The translations under genes and the position numbers were made by a program. The notes under the pieces are model-generated. The model saw only the letters and a list, made by a program, of their open reading frames with translations. It did not search any database and was not told where the DNA came from. From positions 1-63,738 of the forward strand of contig JANWYQ010000088.1 of the NCBI GenBank assembly GCA_025055015.1: a DNA stretch of 63,738 nt. The letters run 5' to 3'. This DNA is from Caldilineales bacterium. GTDB lineage: Bacteria; Chloroflexota; Anaerolineae; JAAEKA01. Position 1 is the stretch's first letter; each line of letters starts with the position of its first letter. This document shows positions 38,246 to 50,043 of this stretch, in pieces.

Positions 38246-39661
38246 ATGAAGAGACAGCTTTTCGTCCTGTTCAGCCTGCTGCTGGCGGCGGCCCTGGTGC
38301 TGACGGCCTGCCCCGGCGCCCAGCCTGCAGCGCCCGCCCAGCCGGCGGCGCCCCAGCAGCCAGCTCAGCCAGCCGCTCCTGCGGCGGCCAACCCCAAGGC
38401 CGACGCGGCTGCGGCCAAGGGCCTGACCGAGCTGGCCAACGCCTACAAGGGCATGTACAAGGGCACCGTGGTCACCATGACCGGCCCCTTCACCGACGAG
38501 GACGCAGTGCGCTTCGACAACTCCGTCAAGGAGTTCGAGCAGGAGACCGGGATTGACATCCAGTACACCGGCTCCAAGGAGTTCGAGGCCAGCATCACCG
38601 TGCGCGTCCAGGCCGGCGACGTGCCCGACATCGTGGACTTCCCGCAGCCCGGCCTGCTGGGCACCTTCGCCCGCCAGGGCAAGGTCATCCCCGCGGCCAC
38701 CCTGGTGCCCGAGAGCTGGCTGAAGCAGAACTACCTGCAGTCGTGGCTGGACATGGCCACCATGCCCGGCGCCGACGGCAAGCCCGCCATGTACGGCGTG
38801 TGGCACCGCTTCAACGCCAAGTCCCTGGTGTGGTACCCCAAGGACAACTTCGACGCCGCCGGCTACAAGATCCCCACCACCTGGGATGAGCTGCTGGCGC
38901 TGCAGGATGAGATCGTGGCCGACGGCGACACCCCCTGGTGCATCGGCATCGAGTCCGGCGCAGCCACCGGCTGGCCCGCCACCGACTGGACGGAGGACCT
39001 GATGCTGCGCACCACCTCGGTGGAGAACTACGACAAGTGGGTGGCCGGCGAGCTGCCCTTCTCCTCGCCCGAGGTCAAGCGCGCCATCGAGACCTTCGCC
39101 AAGATCTGGAACGACGACCGCATGGTGTACGGCGGCCGGGCCAAGATCGTGACCACCTTCTTCGGCGACGCGCCGACCCCCATGTTTGAGGACCCGCCCA
39201 AGTGCTGGCTGCACCGCCAGGGCAACTTCATCACCGCCTTCTTCCCCCAGGGGGTGCAGTACGGCAAGGACTACGGCGTGTTCTACCTGCCGCCTGTGGA
39301 CCCGGCCTACGGCAAGCCGTTCCTGGTGGCCGGCGACATCATGGCTGCCTTCCGCGATCGGCCGGAGATCCGGGCGGTCATGCAGTTCTTCAGCACCGGC
39401 GAGGGCATCAAGGGCTGGCTGGCGGCCGGCGGCGCCCTGGGCATGCAGAAGGACGTGGACCTGGCCTGGTACGGCAGCGACCTAGAGCGGGACATCGCCG
39501 CCCTGGTGAACCAGGCCACGGCTGTGCGCTTCGACGCCTCGGACCTGATGCCGGGCGAGGTGGGCGCCGGCTCCTTCTGGCGGGAGATGACCAGCTACTT
39601 CTCCGGCGCGGTGGACCTGGACACGGCGCTGGCGGAGATCGACAAGTCCTGGCCGCGGTAA
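38246..39661 (+). CDS. Alpha-glucoside ABC transporter substrate-binding lipoprotein (AglE-like)
   Basis: Lipobox LTAC; QPAAP linker; PWCIGIESGAATGWPATDW and RFDASDLMP motifs. Confidence 0.85.
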   Translation: MKRQLFVLFSLLLAAALVLTACPGAQPAAPAQPAAPQQPAQPAAPAAANPKADAAAAKGLTELANAYKGMYKGTVVTMTGPFTDEDAVRFDNSVKEFEQETGIDIQYTGSKEFEASITVRVQAGDVPDIVDFPQPGLLGTFARQGKVIPAATLVPESWLKQNYLQSWLDMATMPGADGKPAMYGVWHRFNAKSLVWYPKDNFDAAGYKIPTTWDELLALQDEIVADGDTPWCIGIESGAATGWPATDWTEDLMLRTTSVENYDKWVAGELPFSSPEVKRAIETFAKIWNDDRMVYGGRAKIVTTFFGDAPTPMFEDPPKCWLHRQGNFITAFFPQGVQYGKDYGVFYLPPVDPAYGKPFLVAGDIMAAFRDRPEIRAVMQFFSTGEGIKGWLAAGGALGMQKDVDLAWYGSDLERDIAALVNQATAVRFDASDLMPGEVGAGSFWREMTSYFSGAVDLDTALAEIDKSWPR

Positions 39662-39768
39662 ACCGCACACAGCCGATCGCGAGGTGGAAACGCCTCCGGC
39701 TGTGGCTCCCGGCGCCATCCGACGCCCTGCTCGGCGGCGTTCTCCCTCGGCGATCGGCCTAGCCGCGC

Positions 39769-39810
39769 GGCGGGGCTGCCGCTTCGGCCAGGCCGGCAGC
39801 CCCGCCTTTT
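39769..39810 (+). terminator. Intra-operon stem-loop after the SBP gene
   Basis: ggcggggctgccg/cggcagccccgcc followed by TTTT. Confidence 0.65.
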
Positions 39811-39901
39811 CCCCTCCCCCTCCGCTCTGCTCAGCTCAGGCGAGCCTCCCGGTTGATCGCTGGGCCAGGCGATCAGATCCTACTCTACAAGCGAGGCGAC
39901 G

Positions 39902-41053
39902 ATGGACGAGTTCACCGAAACCACCGTTCAAAGACACGCTCCGATCGAGGCCAGGGAGGTGAAGCCTCGAGGACCGCTGGACTGGATGGCCACCAACCTG
40001 GGCCGCATCCTCATCGCCCTGTTCGTGCCTATCGTCACCTTCCTGGTGTTGTACTGGGGGTTTCAGTTCCTGCGCGCCAGCCAAGCCCCCAAGGGGGTGA
40101 TCGCCATCGTGGCCATCGTCTGGGGCGTGGGCGGCGTGGCGCTGCTGTATGTAGTGGCTAATTGGCTGGTAGAGCAGCTGGGCGATGCCTGGCGGTCGCG
40201 GCTTCAGCCCTTCGTGTTCGTGGGGCCGGCCATCGCGATCCTCTTCTGGTATCTGGCCTTTCCCACGGTGCGTACCTTCTACCTGAGCCTGCTGGACCGC
40301 AACGCGCAGAACTTCGTGGGGCTGGCCAACTACCAGGCGGTGTTCACCGACCGCAACATGTTCATCGCCTTCCGCAACAACGTGCTGCTGTGGATCCCCT
40401 TCGGCGCGCTGTTCACCGTGGTCTTCGGCTTGTTGGTGGCGGTCTTGGCCGACCGCAGCCGCTACGAGCGCCTGGCCAAGTCGCTGATCTTCATGCCCAT
40501 GGCCATCTCCATGGTGGGCGCCGGCGTGATCTGGAACATGATCTACGCCGTGAATCCCAACATCGGCATGTTGAACGCCATCTACACCAGCCTCACCGGC
40601 AACCAGCCTGTGGCGTGGAAGGCGGCGTCGGAGATCGCGCCCTGGAACAACCTGTTCCTGATCGTGGTGATGATCTGGCTGCAGACCGGCTTCGCCATGA
40701 CCATCTTCTCGGCCGCCATCAAGGGCATCCCCACGGAGCTGATGGAGGCCGGCCGGGTGGACGGCGCCAACGAGGTACAGATCTTCTTCCGCATCATGCT
40801 GCCCTACATCCGGGGCACGGTCATCACCGTCACCACCACCGTGATCATCTTCACCCTGAAGATCTTCGACGTGGTGCAGGTGATGACGGGCGGCCAGTTC
40901 GGCACCCAGGTAATCGCCACGCAGTTCTACCGAGAGCTCTTCACCAACCAGAACTCCGGCTATGGCTCGGCCATCGCCATCGTGTTGCTGATCGCCGTGC
41001 TGCCGGTGATGGTCTACAACCTCAAGCAGTTCAGCGAACGGGAGGCCTTCTGA
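39902..41053 (+). CDS. Carbohydrate ABC permease (AglF-like)
   Basis: EAA loop EAGRVDGA; multiple TM helices. Confidence 0.92.
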   Translation: MDEFTETTVQRHAPIEAREVKPRGPLDWMATNLGRILIALFVPIVTFLVLYWGFQFLRASQAPKGVIAIVAIVWGVGGVALLYVVANWLVEQLGDAWRSRLQPFVFVGPAIAILFWYLAFPTVRTFYLSLLDRNAQNFVGLANYQAVFTDRNMFIAFRNNVLLWIPFGALFTVVFGLLVAVLADRSRYERLAKSLIFMPMAISMVGAGVIWNMIYAVNPNIGMLNAIYTSLTGNQPVAWKAASEIAPWNNLFLIVVMIWLQTGFAMTIFSAAIKGIPTELMEAGRVDGANEVQIFFRIMLPYIRGTVITVTTTVIIFTLKIFDVVQVMTGGQFGTQVIATQFYRELFTNQNSGYGSAIAIVLLIAVLPVMVYNLKQFSEREAF

Positions 41054-42168
41054 TGACCGCACAAGCTGTATCCCGCAAGAAGCACGGCGTCTCCTGGGGC
41101 CAGGTGTTCGTCAACGTCACCCTCATCCTCCTGGTGCTGATCTGGACCATCCCCACCATCGGCCTCTTGATCTCCTCCTTCCGCACGCGCTTCGACATCC
41201 AGACCTCTGGCTGGTGGACGGTGTTCCCCCATCGCGACTGGGTGACGGTGGAGGAGTTCCAGCCGGGGCCCGAGGTGGACCGGGACGGCGTGATGAACCT
41301 GGCCGGCGCCCAGGGCACCTTCGAGGAGTTTCGCGCCGGCATCACCCTGCCCGACGGCCGTCGCGTCCTCTGGATCGGCAACAAGCGCATCGGCCGGGTG
41401 GCGGTGCAGGAGCGCCAGTGGGTGATGAACACCAACTTCACCCTGGAGAACTACCAGGAGGTGCTGGGCGGCAAGACCTTCGAGGTGAAACAGCCGGACG
41501 GCAGCACCATCACCGTGCAGGGCTCCGACTTCAGCAGCGCGTTCATCAACAGCCTGATCGTCACCCTGCCCGCCACGGTGATCCCCATCCTGATCGCGGC
41601 CTTTGCCGCCTACGGCTTCGCCTGGATGAAGTTCCCCGGCCGCAGGCTGCTCTTCACCATGGTGGTGGCCCTGCTGGTGGTGCCGCTGCAGATCGCCCTG
41701 GTGCCGATCCTGAAGGACTACGTGCGGCTGAACCTCAACGGCACCTTCCTAGGCATCTGGCTGGCCCACACCGGCTTCGGCCTACCCCTGGCCACCTACC
41801 TGCTCTTCAACTACATCAGCAGCCTCCCGCGCGACATCCTGGAGTCCGCGTTCATTGACGGCGCGTCGCACTTCACCATCTTCACGCGGTTGATCCTGCC
41901 CCTGTCGGTGCCGGCGCTGGCCTCCTTCGCCATCTTCCAGTTCCTGTGGGTGTGGAACGACTACCTGGTGGCGCTGATCTTCATCGGCGCGTCGCCCGAC
42001 TCTCAGGTGCTCACCCAGCGCATCGCCGAGATGGTGGGCTCCCGCGGCAACGACTGGCACCTGCTGACCGCCGGCGCGTTTGTCTCCATGCTGCTGCCGC
42101 TGATCGTCTTCTTCAGCCTGCAGCGCTTCTTCGTGCGCGGCCTGCTGGCCGGCTCGGTGAAGGGCTAG
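41053..42168 (+). CDS. Carbohydrate ABC permease (AglG-like)
   Basis: ESAFIDGA; C-terminal FVRGLLAGSVKG; TGATG overlap with the upstream permease. Confidence 0.92.
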   Translation: MTAQAVSRKKHGVSWGQVFVNVTLILLVLIWTIPTIGLLISSFRTRFDIQTSGWWTVFPHRDWVTVEEFQPGPEVDRDGVMNLAGAQGTFEEFRAGITLPDGRRVLWIGNKRIGRVAVQERQWVMNTNFTLENYQEVLGGKTFEVKQPDGSTITVQGSDFSSAFINSLIVTLPATVIPILIAAFAAYGFAWMKFPGRRLLFTMVVALLVVPLQIALVPILKDYVRLNLNGTFLGIWLAHTGFGLPLATYLLFNYISSLPRDILESAFIDGASHFTIFTRLILPLSVPALASFAIFQFLWVWNDYLVALIFIGASPDSQVLTQRIAEMVGSRGNDWHLLTAGAFVSMLLPLIVFFSLQRFFVRGLLAGSVKG

Positions 42169-42358
42169 CCAGCACGCAGGGGCACGAAGGGGCCACGCGG
42201 CGCTCGAGCTCTGAGTCCAAGGGAGCCTGCCGTCGAGCGCAGAGCGGCCCACGTTGTTTCGCTCGACAGGGCCAGCGCGCTGGAGGGGACGCCTGCGGCG
42301 GCTGGCTCTTGTTGTGCCTCGGCGCTGATGCCCCGTGGTGTGGACAGGGGTTTCTCTC

Positions 42359-44308
<1,950 letters not shown>

Positions 44309-44333
44309 GGGGCCGGCGAAGGTGATGTGCGGT

Positions 44334-44362
44334 TTGCAGCGCCCGGCCGGCCGTGGTATAAT
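44334..44362 (+). promoter_or_regulatory. secG promoter
   Basis: TTGCAG-17-TATAAT with extended TG. Confidence 0.7.
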
Positions 44363-44392
44363 CGCCGCTAGTCCATCGGAGGCAACACCAGC

Positions 44393-44611
44393 GTGCAACT
44401 GATACTCTACATCGTCCAGATCATCCTGGCCCTAACCCTGGTTGGGTTGGTGCTGTTGCAGTCCAAGAACATGGGCAGCCCTGCGGTCTTCGGCGGCAGC
44501 GACAGCTTTCGCGCCAGCCGCCGCGGCTTGGAGCGCACCATCTTCAACCTGACCGCCATCGTCAGCGGCCTCTTCTTCGTCGTCTCGCTGATCGTGGTGA
44601 TCATCTCCTGA
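44393..44611 (+). CDS. secG: Preprotein translocase subunit SecG
   Basis: Two TM helices; LVLLQ...FGG...RRGLE; GGAGG RBS. Confidence 0.9.
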   Translation: MQLILYIVQIILALTLVGLVLLQSKNMGSPAVFGGSDSFRASRRGLERTIFNLTAIVSGLFFVVSLIVVIIS

Positions 44612-44692
44612 CGTCCTCTGCAGGTCAGACCTCTTCCGTGGCCGCGTCTGCACCCTGTGCGACGCGGCTCTGTTTGTTTGAAAGGAAGCTGC

Positions 44693-46351
44693 GTGGGCCG
44701 CGCCATTCGCTGGCAAGCGATCATTGCGTTCTTAGGCATCCTGCTGCTGGCGGCCGTCCTGGCGTCGCGGGCCCCCCAGTTCACCAGCGTCACCGTAGCT
44801 GCCCCCGGCGGCGTCTACCAGGAGGCGGTGGTGGGGATCCCGCAGGCCATCAACCCCCTGCTGGGCTTCACCAACCAGCTCGACCGAGACTTGAGCGAGC
44901 TGATCTTCCAGGGCCTGGTGCGCTTGGACCAGCGCGGGGAGCTGCAGCCGGCTCTGGCGGAGCGCTGGGAGATTGATCCCACGCAGACGGTTTACGTCTT
45001 CCACCTGCGGCGGGACGTGCGCTGGCACGACGGCGCGCCGTTCACCGCCGCCGACGTGCTCTACACGGTGGGGGTGCTGCAGAGCGATGAGTTCGCCGAT
45101 CCGAGCTTCCCGGCGCCCTCCTTCCTGGCCGAGCTCTGGCGCAACGTCGAGGCCACCCAGTTGGACGACTACACCGTCCAGTTTCGCCTGAAGGAGCCCT
45201 ACGCGCCCTTCCTCTACGAGAACACCCTCGGCATCCTGCCGGCGCACCTGTGGGAGAAGGTCCCGGTAGCAGAGATGCCTCGCTCGCTGCTCAACCTACA
45301 GCCGGTGGGCACCGGGCCCTGGCGGGTGGCGAGGCTGGACGCCGAGAAGCTGCGCCTAGAGCCCAACCCGACCTTCGACGGCCCCAAGCCGTACCTGGAG
45401 GCCGTGGAGTTCGTGTTCCATCCCGACTACGCCAGCGCCCTGGCGGCCTTTCTCACCGACCGCACCGACGGCGTGAGCCAGGTCCTCGGCCAGGACCTGA
45501 GGACGGTTGCCGCTAGGCCGGACGTTCGGCTGCTGTCCGCGCCGCTGGCCGGCGAGACCTTCCTATACTTCAACCTGACCAACCCCAACGCGCCGTTCTT
45601 TGCCGACAAGCGAGTGCGCCAGGCGCTCTGGCTGGCCCTGGACCAGCAGGCGCTGATAGATCGTGCGCTGGCGGGCCAGGGGGTGCCGGCCTATGGTCCG
45701 ATCATGCAGGGCACCTGGGCCTACGCCGCGCCGCCGCGGCCGGCGCCGAACCGGCAACAGGCCGCCCAGATGCTGGCCGAGGCCGGCTGGGTGGACACCG
45801 ACGGCGACGGCGTGCGGGACCAGGGCGGCAAGCCGCTGGCCTTCGTGGCCGTGGGCGACCACGAGGGGCTGCTCAGCGCGCTGGCCGAGCAGTGGGCGCC
45901 GCTGGGCGTGGCCGTGAAGCCCCAGGTCGTCAACATCATCAGCCTGGCAGCCGACTACTTGAGCCCGCGGACCTTCGAGGCGGCGCTGGTGCACTGGCAG
46001 CTCAGCGGCGATCCCGACCCGTATCCCCTGTGGCACTCGACCCAGATCGAGAACGGCCAGAACTACACCGGCTGGGACCATGTGCGGGCGGACGAGGTGC
46101 TGGAGCAGGGCCGCTCGACGGTGGATCCCGGCCAGCGCTTCCGGCTGTACGAGGAGTTTCAGCAGATCTTCGCCGAGGAGCTGCCGGCGCTGCCCCTCTA
46201 CTTCGACGTGTACACCTTCGCCGTGAACGAGAAGGTGAAAGCGGCGCAGGTGGGCCGCCTCAACACCCCTGCCGATCGTCTGTTGACCCTGCCGCAGTGG
46301 TACATGGTGACGCAAGAGGTGGTGCGGCCGGCCGACGGCGAGCAGCCGTAG
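44693..46351 (+). CDS. ABC peptide/nickel substrate-binding protein (family 5), TM-anchored
   Basis: LAERWE, RWHDGAPFTAADV, PVGTGPW, DKRVRQAL, DPDPY..WHS. Confidence 0.88.
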   Translation: MGRAIRWQAIIAFLGILLLAAVLASRAPQFTSVTVAAPGGVYQEAVVGIPQAINPLLGFTNQLDRDLSELIFQGLVRLDQRGELQPALAERWEIDPTQTVYVFHLRRDVRWHDGAPFTAADVLYTVGVLQSDEFADPSFPAPSFLAELWRNVEATQLDDYTVQFRLKEPYAPFLYENTLGILPAHLWEKVPVAEMPRSLLNLQPVGTGPWRVARLDAEKLRLEPNPTFDGPKPYLEAVEFVFHPDYASALAAFLTDRTDGVSQVLGQDLRTVAARPDVRLLSAPLAGETFLYFNLTNPNAPFFADKRVRQALWLALDQQALIDRALAGQGVPAYGPIMQGTWAYAAPPRPAPNRQQAAQMLAEAGWVDTDGDGVRDQGGKPLAFVAVGDHEGLLSALAEQWAPLGVAVKPQVVNIISLAADYLSPRTFEAALVHWQLSGDPDPYPLWHSTQIENGQNYTGWDHVRADEVLEQGRSTVDPGQRFRLYEEFQQIFAEELPALPLYFDVYTFAVNEKVKAAQVGRLNTPADRLLTLPQWYMVTQEVVRPADGEQP

Positions 46352-46395
46352 GGCAGACGACTCGCCGGGCAGCTCTTGAGGGGCCTCCGGCGAGT

Positions 46396-46424
46396 TTGAC
46401 ATTTTGGGCCAATAGTGGTAAACT
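46396..46424 (+). promoter_or_regulatory. tRNA-Leu promoter
   Basis: TTGACA-17-TAAACT. Confidence 0.75.
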
Positions 46425-46439
46425 CGCACTCGAAAGTGA

Positions 46440-46523
<84 letters not shown>

Positions 46524-46599
46524 CCTCAGACGGAGCCCTGGTCCCAGATGCGCGCATCTGGGACTATTTGTTCCGGCCTCGGTTGGCCCAGGAGCCTCC

Positions 46600-46983
46600 A
46601 TGTCCTCGAAGACGCCGCCGATTAGCTTCACCCCCAAGCAGTTGGTGCTCTTGGTGGGTTTGGCGTGGGTGGTGGCCTTGGGCTTTAGCTACACCAGCCG
46701 CGTGATTGCCCATCGCGACCTGAAGGCCCAGGAAGCGCAGTGGCAGGCGGAGGTGGAGCTGGAGCGACAGCGGCTGCAGGAGAACCAGCGGCTCCTGGAG
46801 GAGGTTAAGACGGACCGCTACGTGATCAAGCGGGCCCGGGTGGACCTGGGCTGGACCTTCCCCGACGAGGTAGCGATCCGCGTGGTGGGCGACCAGGCCG
46901 GCCAGGTGGGTGCACCTACTGCGACGCCCACGCCGCAGCCCGGCTGGCAGGGATGGTGGCGGCGACTCATCGGACGGCAGTAG
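46600..46983 (+). CDS. Septum formation initiator (FtsB/DivIC family)
   Basis: TM helix, coiled coil, YVIKRARVDLGWTFPDE. Confidence 0.75.
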   Translation: MSSKTPPISFTPKQLVLLVGLAWVVALGFSYTSRVIAHRDLKAQEAQWQAEVELERQRLQENQRLLEEVKTDRYVIKRARVDLGWTFPDEVAIRVVGDQAGQVGAPTATPTPQPGWQGWWRRLIGRQ

Positions 46984-46985
46984 GC

Positions 46986-47013
46986 TTGACTCGGCTGCTG
47001 AATTGTGTATAAT
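46986..47013 (+). promoter_or_regulatory. Promoter for the tRNA-Met pair
   Basis: TTGACT-16-TATAAT. Confidence 0.7.
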
Positions 47014-47024
47014 GCAACATGCGA

Positions 47025-47096
47025 TGCGGGGTGGAGCAGTGGCAGCTCGTCGGGCTCATAACCCGAAGGCCGCAGGTTCGAGTCCTGCCCCCGCTA
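47025..47096 (+). tRNA. Initiator tRNA-fMet(CAT)
   Basis: CAT anticodon; three consecutive G-C pairs in the anticodon stem; unpaired 1:72 (U.U). Confidence 0.93.
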
Positions 47097-47135
47097 CTGA
47101 CGATGGCTGACAGCGCTGCTGTCAGCCATTTCCGT

Positions 47136-47212
47136 GGCGACGTAGCTCAGGTGGCCAGAGCGAGGGCTTCATAATCCCTAGGTCGGTGGTTCGAGCCCAC
47201 CCGTCGCCACCA
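47136..47212 (+). tRNA. tRNA with CAT anticodon, probably elongator tRNA-Met (Ile2 not excluded)
   Basis: GGCGACG acceptor; TTCATAA loop; encoded CCA. Confidence 0.88.
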
Positions 47213-47251
47213 TCACCTCCCCAACCAACCTGGCCCCTCCCTCCTAGTCGA

Positions 47252-47288
47252 GCCAGCCCCCATCCACGATGGGGGCTGGCCTTTTTTT
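47252..47288 (+). terminator. Rho-independent terminator after the tRNAs
   Basis: gccagcccccat/atgggggctggc stem followed by T7. Confidence 0.88.
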
Positions 47289-47322
47289 CGGCCGGAGCCG
47301 ATGTCCGGTCCACTCAGCGCGT

Positions 47323-49077
47323 TCAGCCTTGCGGCGAGGCCACCCCTTCCGCCGGATAGGGCGGCAACGTCCGCAGGCGGGGGTCCTCCACCGGCCCGCC
47401 CACGGTGAAGTGGTAGAGGGTCTGGTAGCGCAGGTCGGGGTCGCCCGGGGTGCGATAGCCGGCCATGCCCAGCAGCGCGTGCATGGAGTCGTCGAAGAAG
47501 CAGCCGATGCCGGTGCCCCGCAGCCCGGCCGCCTCTGCCTCCAGGTAGAGCACCTGGCCGATCGCGCCCGTCTCCCAGTGTAGCCGTCGGTAGAACCAGG
47601 CGCCGTGGCGCTGCAGCCGCTCGGCGAACTGCGCCACCATGCCGACGGCAAACGCGCCGTGGCCGGCGATCTCCTGGCCACAGGCGATCCCCTGAGCAGC
47701 CAGCCGCACGTCGCCGGGGGCCAGCAGGCTCAGGTCCAGCCACTCTGGACACCCCTCCGGCCGCTGCCAGGCGAAGGCCGGGTGTAGGGCAGATCGCAGC
47801 TCCTCCCGCTGCGCCGGGTCGCGGACGAGGAGGTAGAGCCCCGGCGCCAGCCCCCGCACCCGGTGCACGAAGAGGGCCAGGTGCACCGCCGGCGCCCAGG
47901 GCAGCGCGGTGAAGGGCATCTGGCCGGGCAGCACGTGGGCCAACATGGCGTAGAAGGCGTCCCGCTCCAGCCCGGTGACGCCGTCCATGGCCACTGCGCT
48001 GCGCCGCCGGCGGATGATCTGCCGCGCGGAGACGGGGCCGGGACGGGGCGGGGCGAGCGGGGGCGGAGGCGCAGGCGGCTGCGAGACGTAGTCGGCCGGC
48101 GGCGGCTCACTGCGCTCGGTGGCCTCCCCCACCGCTTGGACGATGGGCCAAGGGTGGTGCTCAGGGCTGAGGACGTTGGGCCGGCCGGCCAAGGGCAGGG
48201 CGGCCCAGGCCTCCACCAGCGCCCGCTCCAGCCGCAGCCCGGCAATCACTGTTTGCGCGGGCAGGCTGCCGTGGGGCGGGTAGAGCACCAGCAGGCAGTC
48301 GGGATGCTCCGCTTCCTCGCCGCTCTGGCCGTGGACGCCCAACAGCACGGCCAGGTCGCGGTCGGCCAGGCCCTCCGCCAGCGCCAACTGCCAGCCGAGG
48401 GCCGCCGCAGCGATGGTCACCGCAGCCACCGCGTGGCCCACGTCGTGCATGCAGTAGCGGAAGGCCCGCTCGCCGTACTTCCACGACTCCCGCCAGTAGA
48501 TGGAGGTGAGGCCCACCAGCAGGGCGCCGGGGGGCAGCCGGGCTGCCAGGCTGTTCCACAGCGGTTCCGGCAGCTCGGCGCGCACCTCCAGCGCGTGGCA
48601 GGAGGGCGCGTAGTGGCACAGCGCGGGCCGCTCCAACAGGCCGGGCACGGGGCCGCTGAGCAGATAGCCCTCGGTGGGGTGCAGGTTGCCGCTGGAGGGG
48701 TTGACCCGCAGCGACCAGCGGCTGCCCCGGTACTCCTTCCAGGCCGACAGGGCCAGGGAGTCGTAGAAGAGCTGGGAGACGAAGCGGCGGTCCAAGGGCT
48801 GCGGGGGCACGGCGCCAGGCCGGAACAGGTCGTCGTAGGCGGGCGCCGGTGTGGGCGGGACCTCGTCCAAGGGCAGCAGCGGCGCGCCGAGGTAACGCCG
48901 AAAGGGGTCGGGCTGGGTGTCCCAGTCCAGGTAGCCCAGGGCGCGGGCGTAGCGGTGCGGGTAGTGCTTGGTGGCCGCGTGGTAGGCCAGGACCATCTCC
49001 AGGGGCGAGGGGGAGGCGGCCGGCCCGCCGGCGGGCTTGGGTTGCGCTGGCGATGGGGGCTTCGAGCGGAACCACAT
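47323..49077 (-). CDS. SagB/ThcOx-type tandem nitroreductase-domain protein, probably leaderless
   Basis: [29 protein letters not shown], second domain RRRRSA...TGIGCFFDD; TATAAT 7 nt before the ATG. Confidence 0.85.
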   Translation of the reverse strand: MWFRSKPPSPAQPKPAGGPAASPSPLEMVLAYHAATKHYPHRYARALGYLDWDTQPDPFRRYLGAPLLPLDEVPPTPAPAYDDLFRPGAVPPQPLDRRFVSQLFYDSLALSAWKEYRGSRWSLRVNPSSGNLHPTEGYLLSGPVPGLLERPALCHYAPSCHALEVRAELPEPLWNSLAARLPPGALLVGLTSIYWRESWKYGERAFRYCMHDVGHAVAAVTIAAAALGWQLALAEGLADRDLAVLLGVHGQSGEEAEHPDCLLVLYPPHGSLPAQTVIAGLRLERALVEAWAALPLAGRPNVLSPEHHPWPIVQAVGEATERSEPPPADYVSQPPAPPPPLAPPRPGPVSARQIIRRRRSAVAMDGVTGLERDAFYAMLAHVLPGQMPFTALPWAPAVHLALFVHRVRGLAPGLYLLVRDPAQREELRSALHPAFAWQRPEGCPEWLDLSLLAPGDVRLAAQGIACGQEIAGHGAFAVGMVAQFAERLQRHGAWFYRRLHWETGAIGQVLYLEAEAAGLRGTGIGCFFDDSMHALLGMAGYRTPGDPDLRYQTLYHFTVGGPVEDPRLRTLPPYPAEGVASPQG

Positions 49078-49119
49078 GGCTCCCATTATACCCACGACGG
49101 CCAGGTCGGCGACTTCTGT

Positions 49120-49147
49120 TTGACAGTTGCGCGCAGACAGATACAAT
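49120..49147 (+). promoter_or_regulatory. Promoter for the esterase / ATP-grasp pair
   Basis: TTGACA-16-TACAAT. Confidence 0.65.
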
Positions 49148-49199
49148 CAAGGTCGCCCCTTCGGCGCCTCTTCAGCCCCTCCGCTCGGAAAGGAAGGCC

Positions 49200-49916
49200 A
49201 TGAACCGAGAGTATCACCGCTGGTACAGCCCGTCGCTGGGCCGCGACATGGAGCTGCTGGTGTTCGGCCACGCCGGCGCGCGGCTCCTCATCTTTCCTAC
49301 CTCCAAGGGCCGCTTCTACGAGTGGGAGGACCGCGGCATGATCGAGGTCATGCGGGACTCCATCGAGAAGGGATGGCTGCAGGTGTTCTGTGTGGACAGC
49401 GTGGACGAGGAGAGCTGGTACGCGCGCTGGAAGTGGCCGGGCGACCGCGCCTGGCGCCATGTGCAGTACGACAGCTATATCCGCAACGAGGTGATCCCCT
49501 TCACCCAGCGCAACCCCAACCCCTTCATGATCGTCATGGGCGCCAGCTTCGGCGCGTACCACGCGGTGAACTTCGCCTTCCGCTATCCCTACCTGGTGGG
49601 CCGGGTGCTGGGGCTGAACGGCCTCTACGACATCCGCGACTGGACCGACGGCCACCACGACAACAACATCTACTTCAACAACCCCATCGAGTACGTGGCC
49701 AACGAGCACGACCCGGTGCGGCTGGCCCAGCTCCGGGCCATGGACATCATCCTCACTACCAGCGAGGACGAGGCCCTGCGCTGGGAAACCGAGCGCTTCT
49801 CGCAGCTTCTGTGGAGCAAGGGCATCTGGCATGCGCTGCGGGTGTGGAAGGGCTGGGCCCACGACTGGCCCTACTGGAAGGAGATGATCCGCCTCTACCT
49901 CAGCGGCCACGACTGA
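49200..49916 (+). CDS. Alpha/beta hydrolase (esterase family)
   Basis: GASFG nucleophile elbow; HDWPYW catalytic His; AAGGAAGG RBS. Confidence 0.88.
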   Translation: MNREYHRWYSPSLGRDMELLVFGHAGARLLIFPTSKGRFYEWEDRGMIEVMRDSIEKGWLQVFCVDSVDEESWYARWKWPGDRAWRHVQYDSYIRNEVIPFTQRNPNPFMIVMGASFGAYHAVNFAFRYPYLVGRVLGLNGLYDIRDWTDGHHDNNIYFNNPIEYVANEHDPVRLAQLRAMDIILTTSEDEALRWETERFSQLLWSKGIWHALRVWKGWAHDWPYWKEMIRLYLSGHD

Positions 49917-50043
49917 ATGCCGGCCTCTGTTACACGTGACGGGTTTCGCCTTGCTCGGCGCGCATCGCGCATCGCTCGTTGCGCAGTGCCTGTTTTCCGC
50001 TGCCTCTCCCTCCCCCCACGTTCCTTCTCCTGAGGTTCCCCCT

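Noticed and set aside
47323-49077. Thiazole/oxazole RiPP cluster around the SagB-like gene
   Set aside because: No YcaO, E1-like protein or Cys/Ser-rich precursor nearby.
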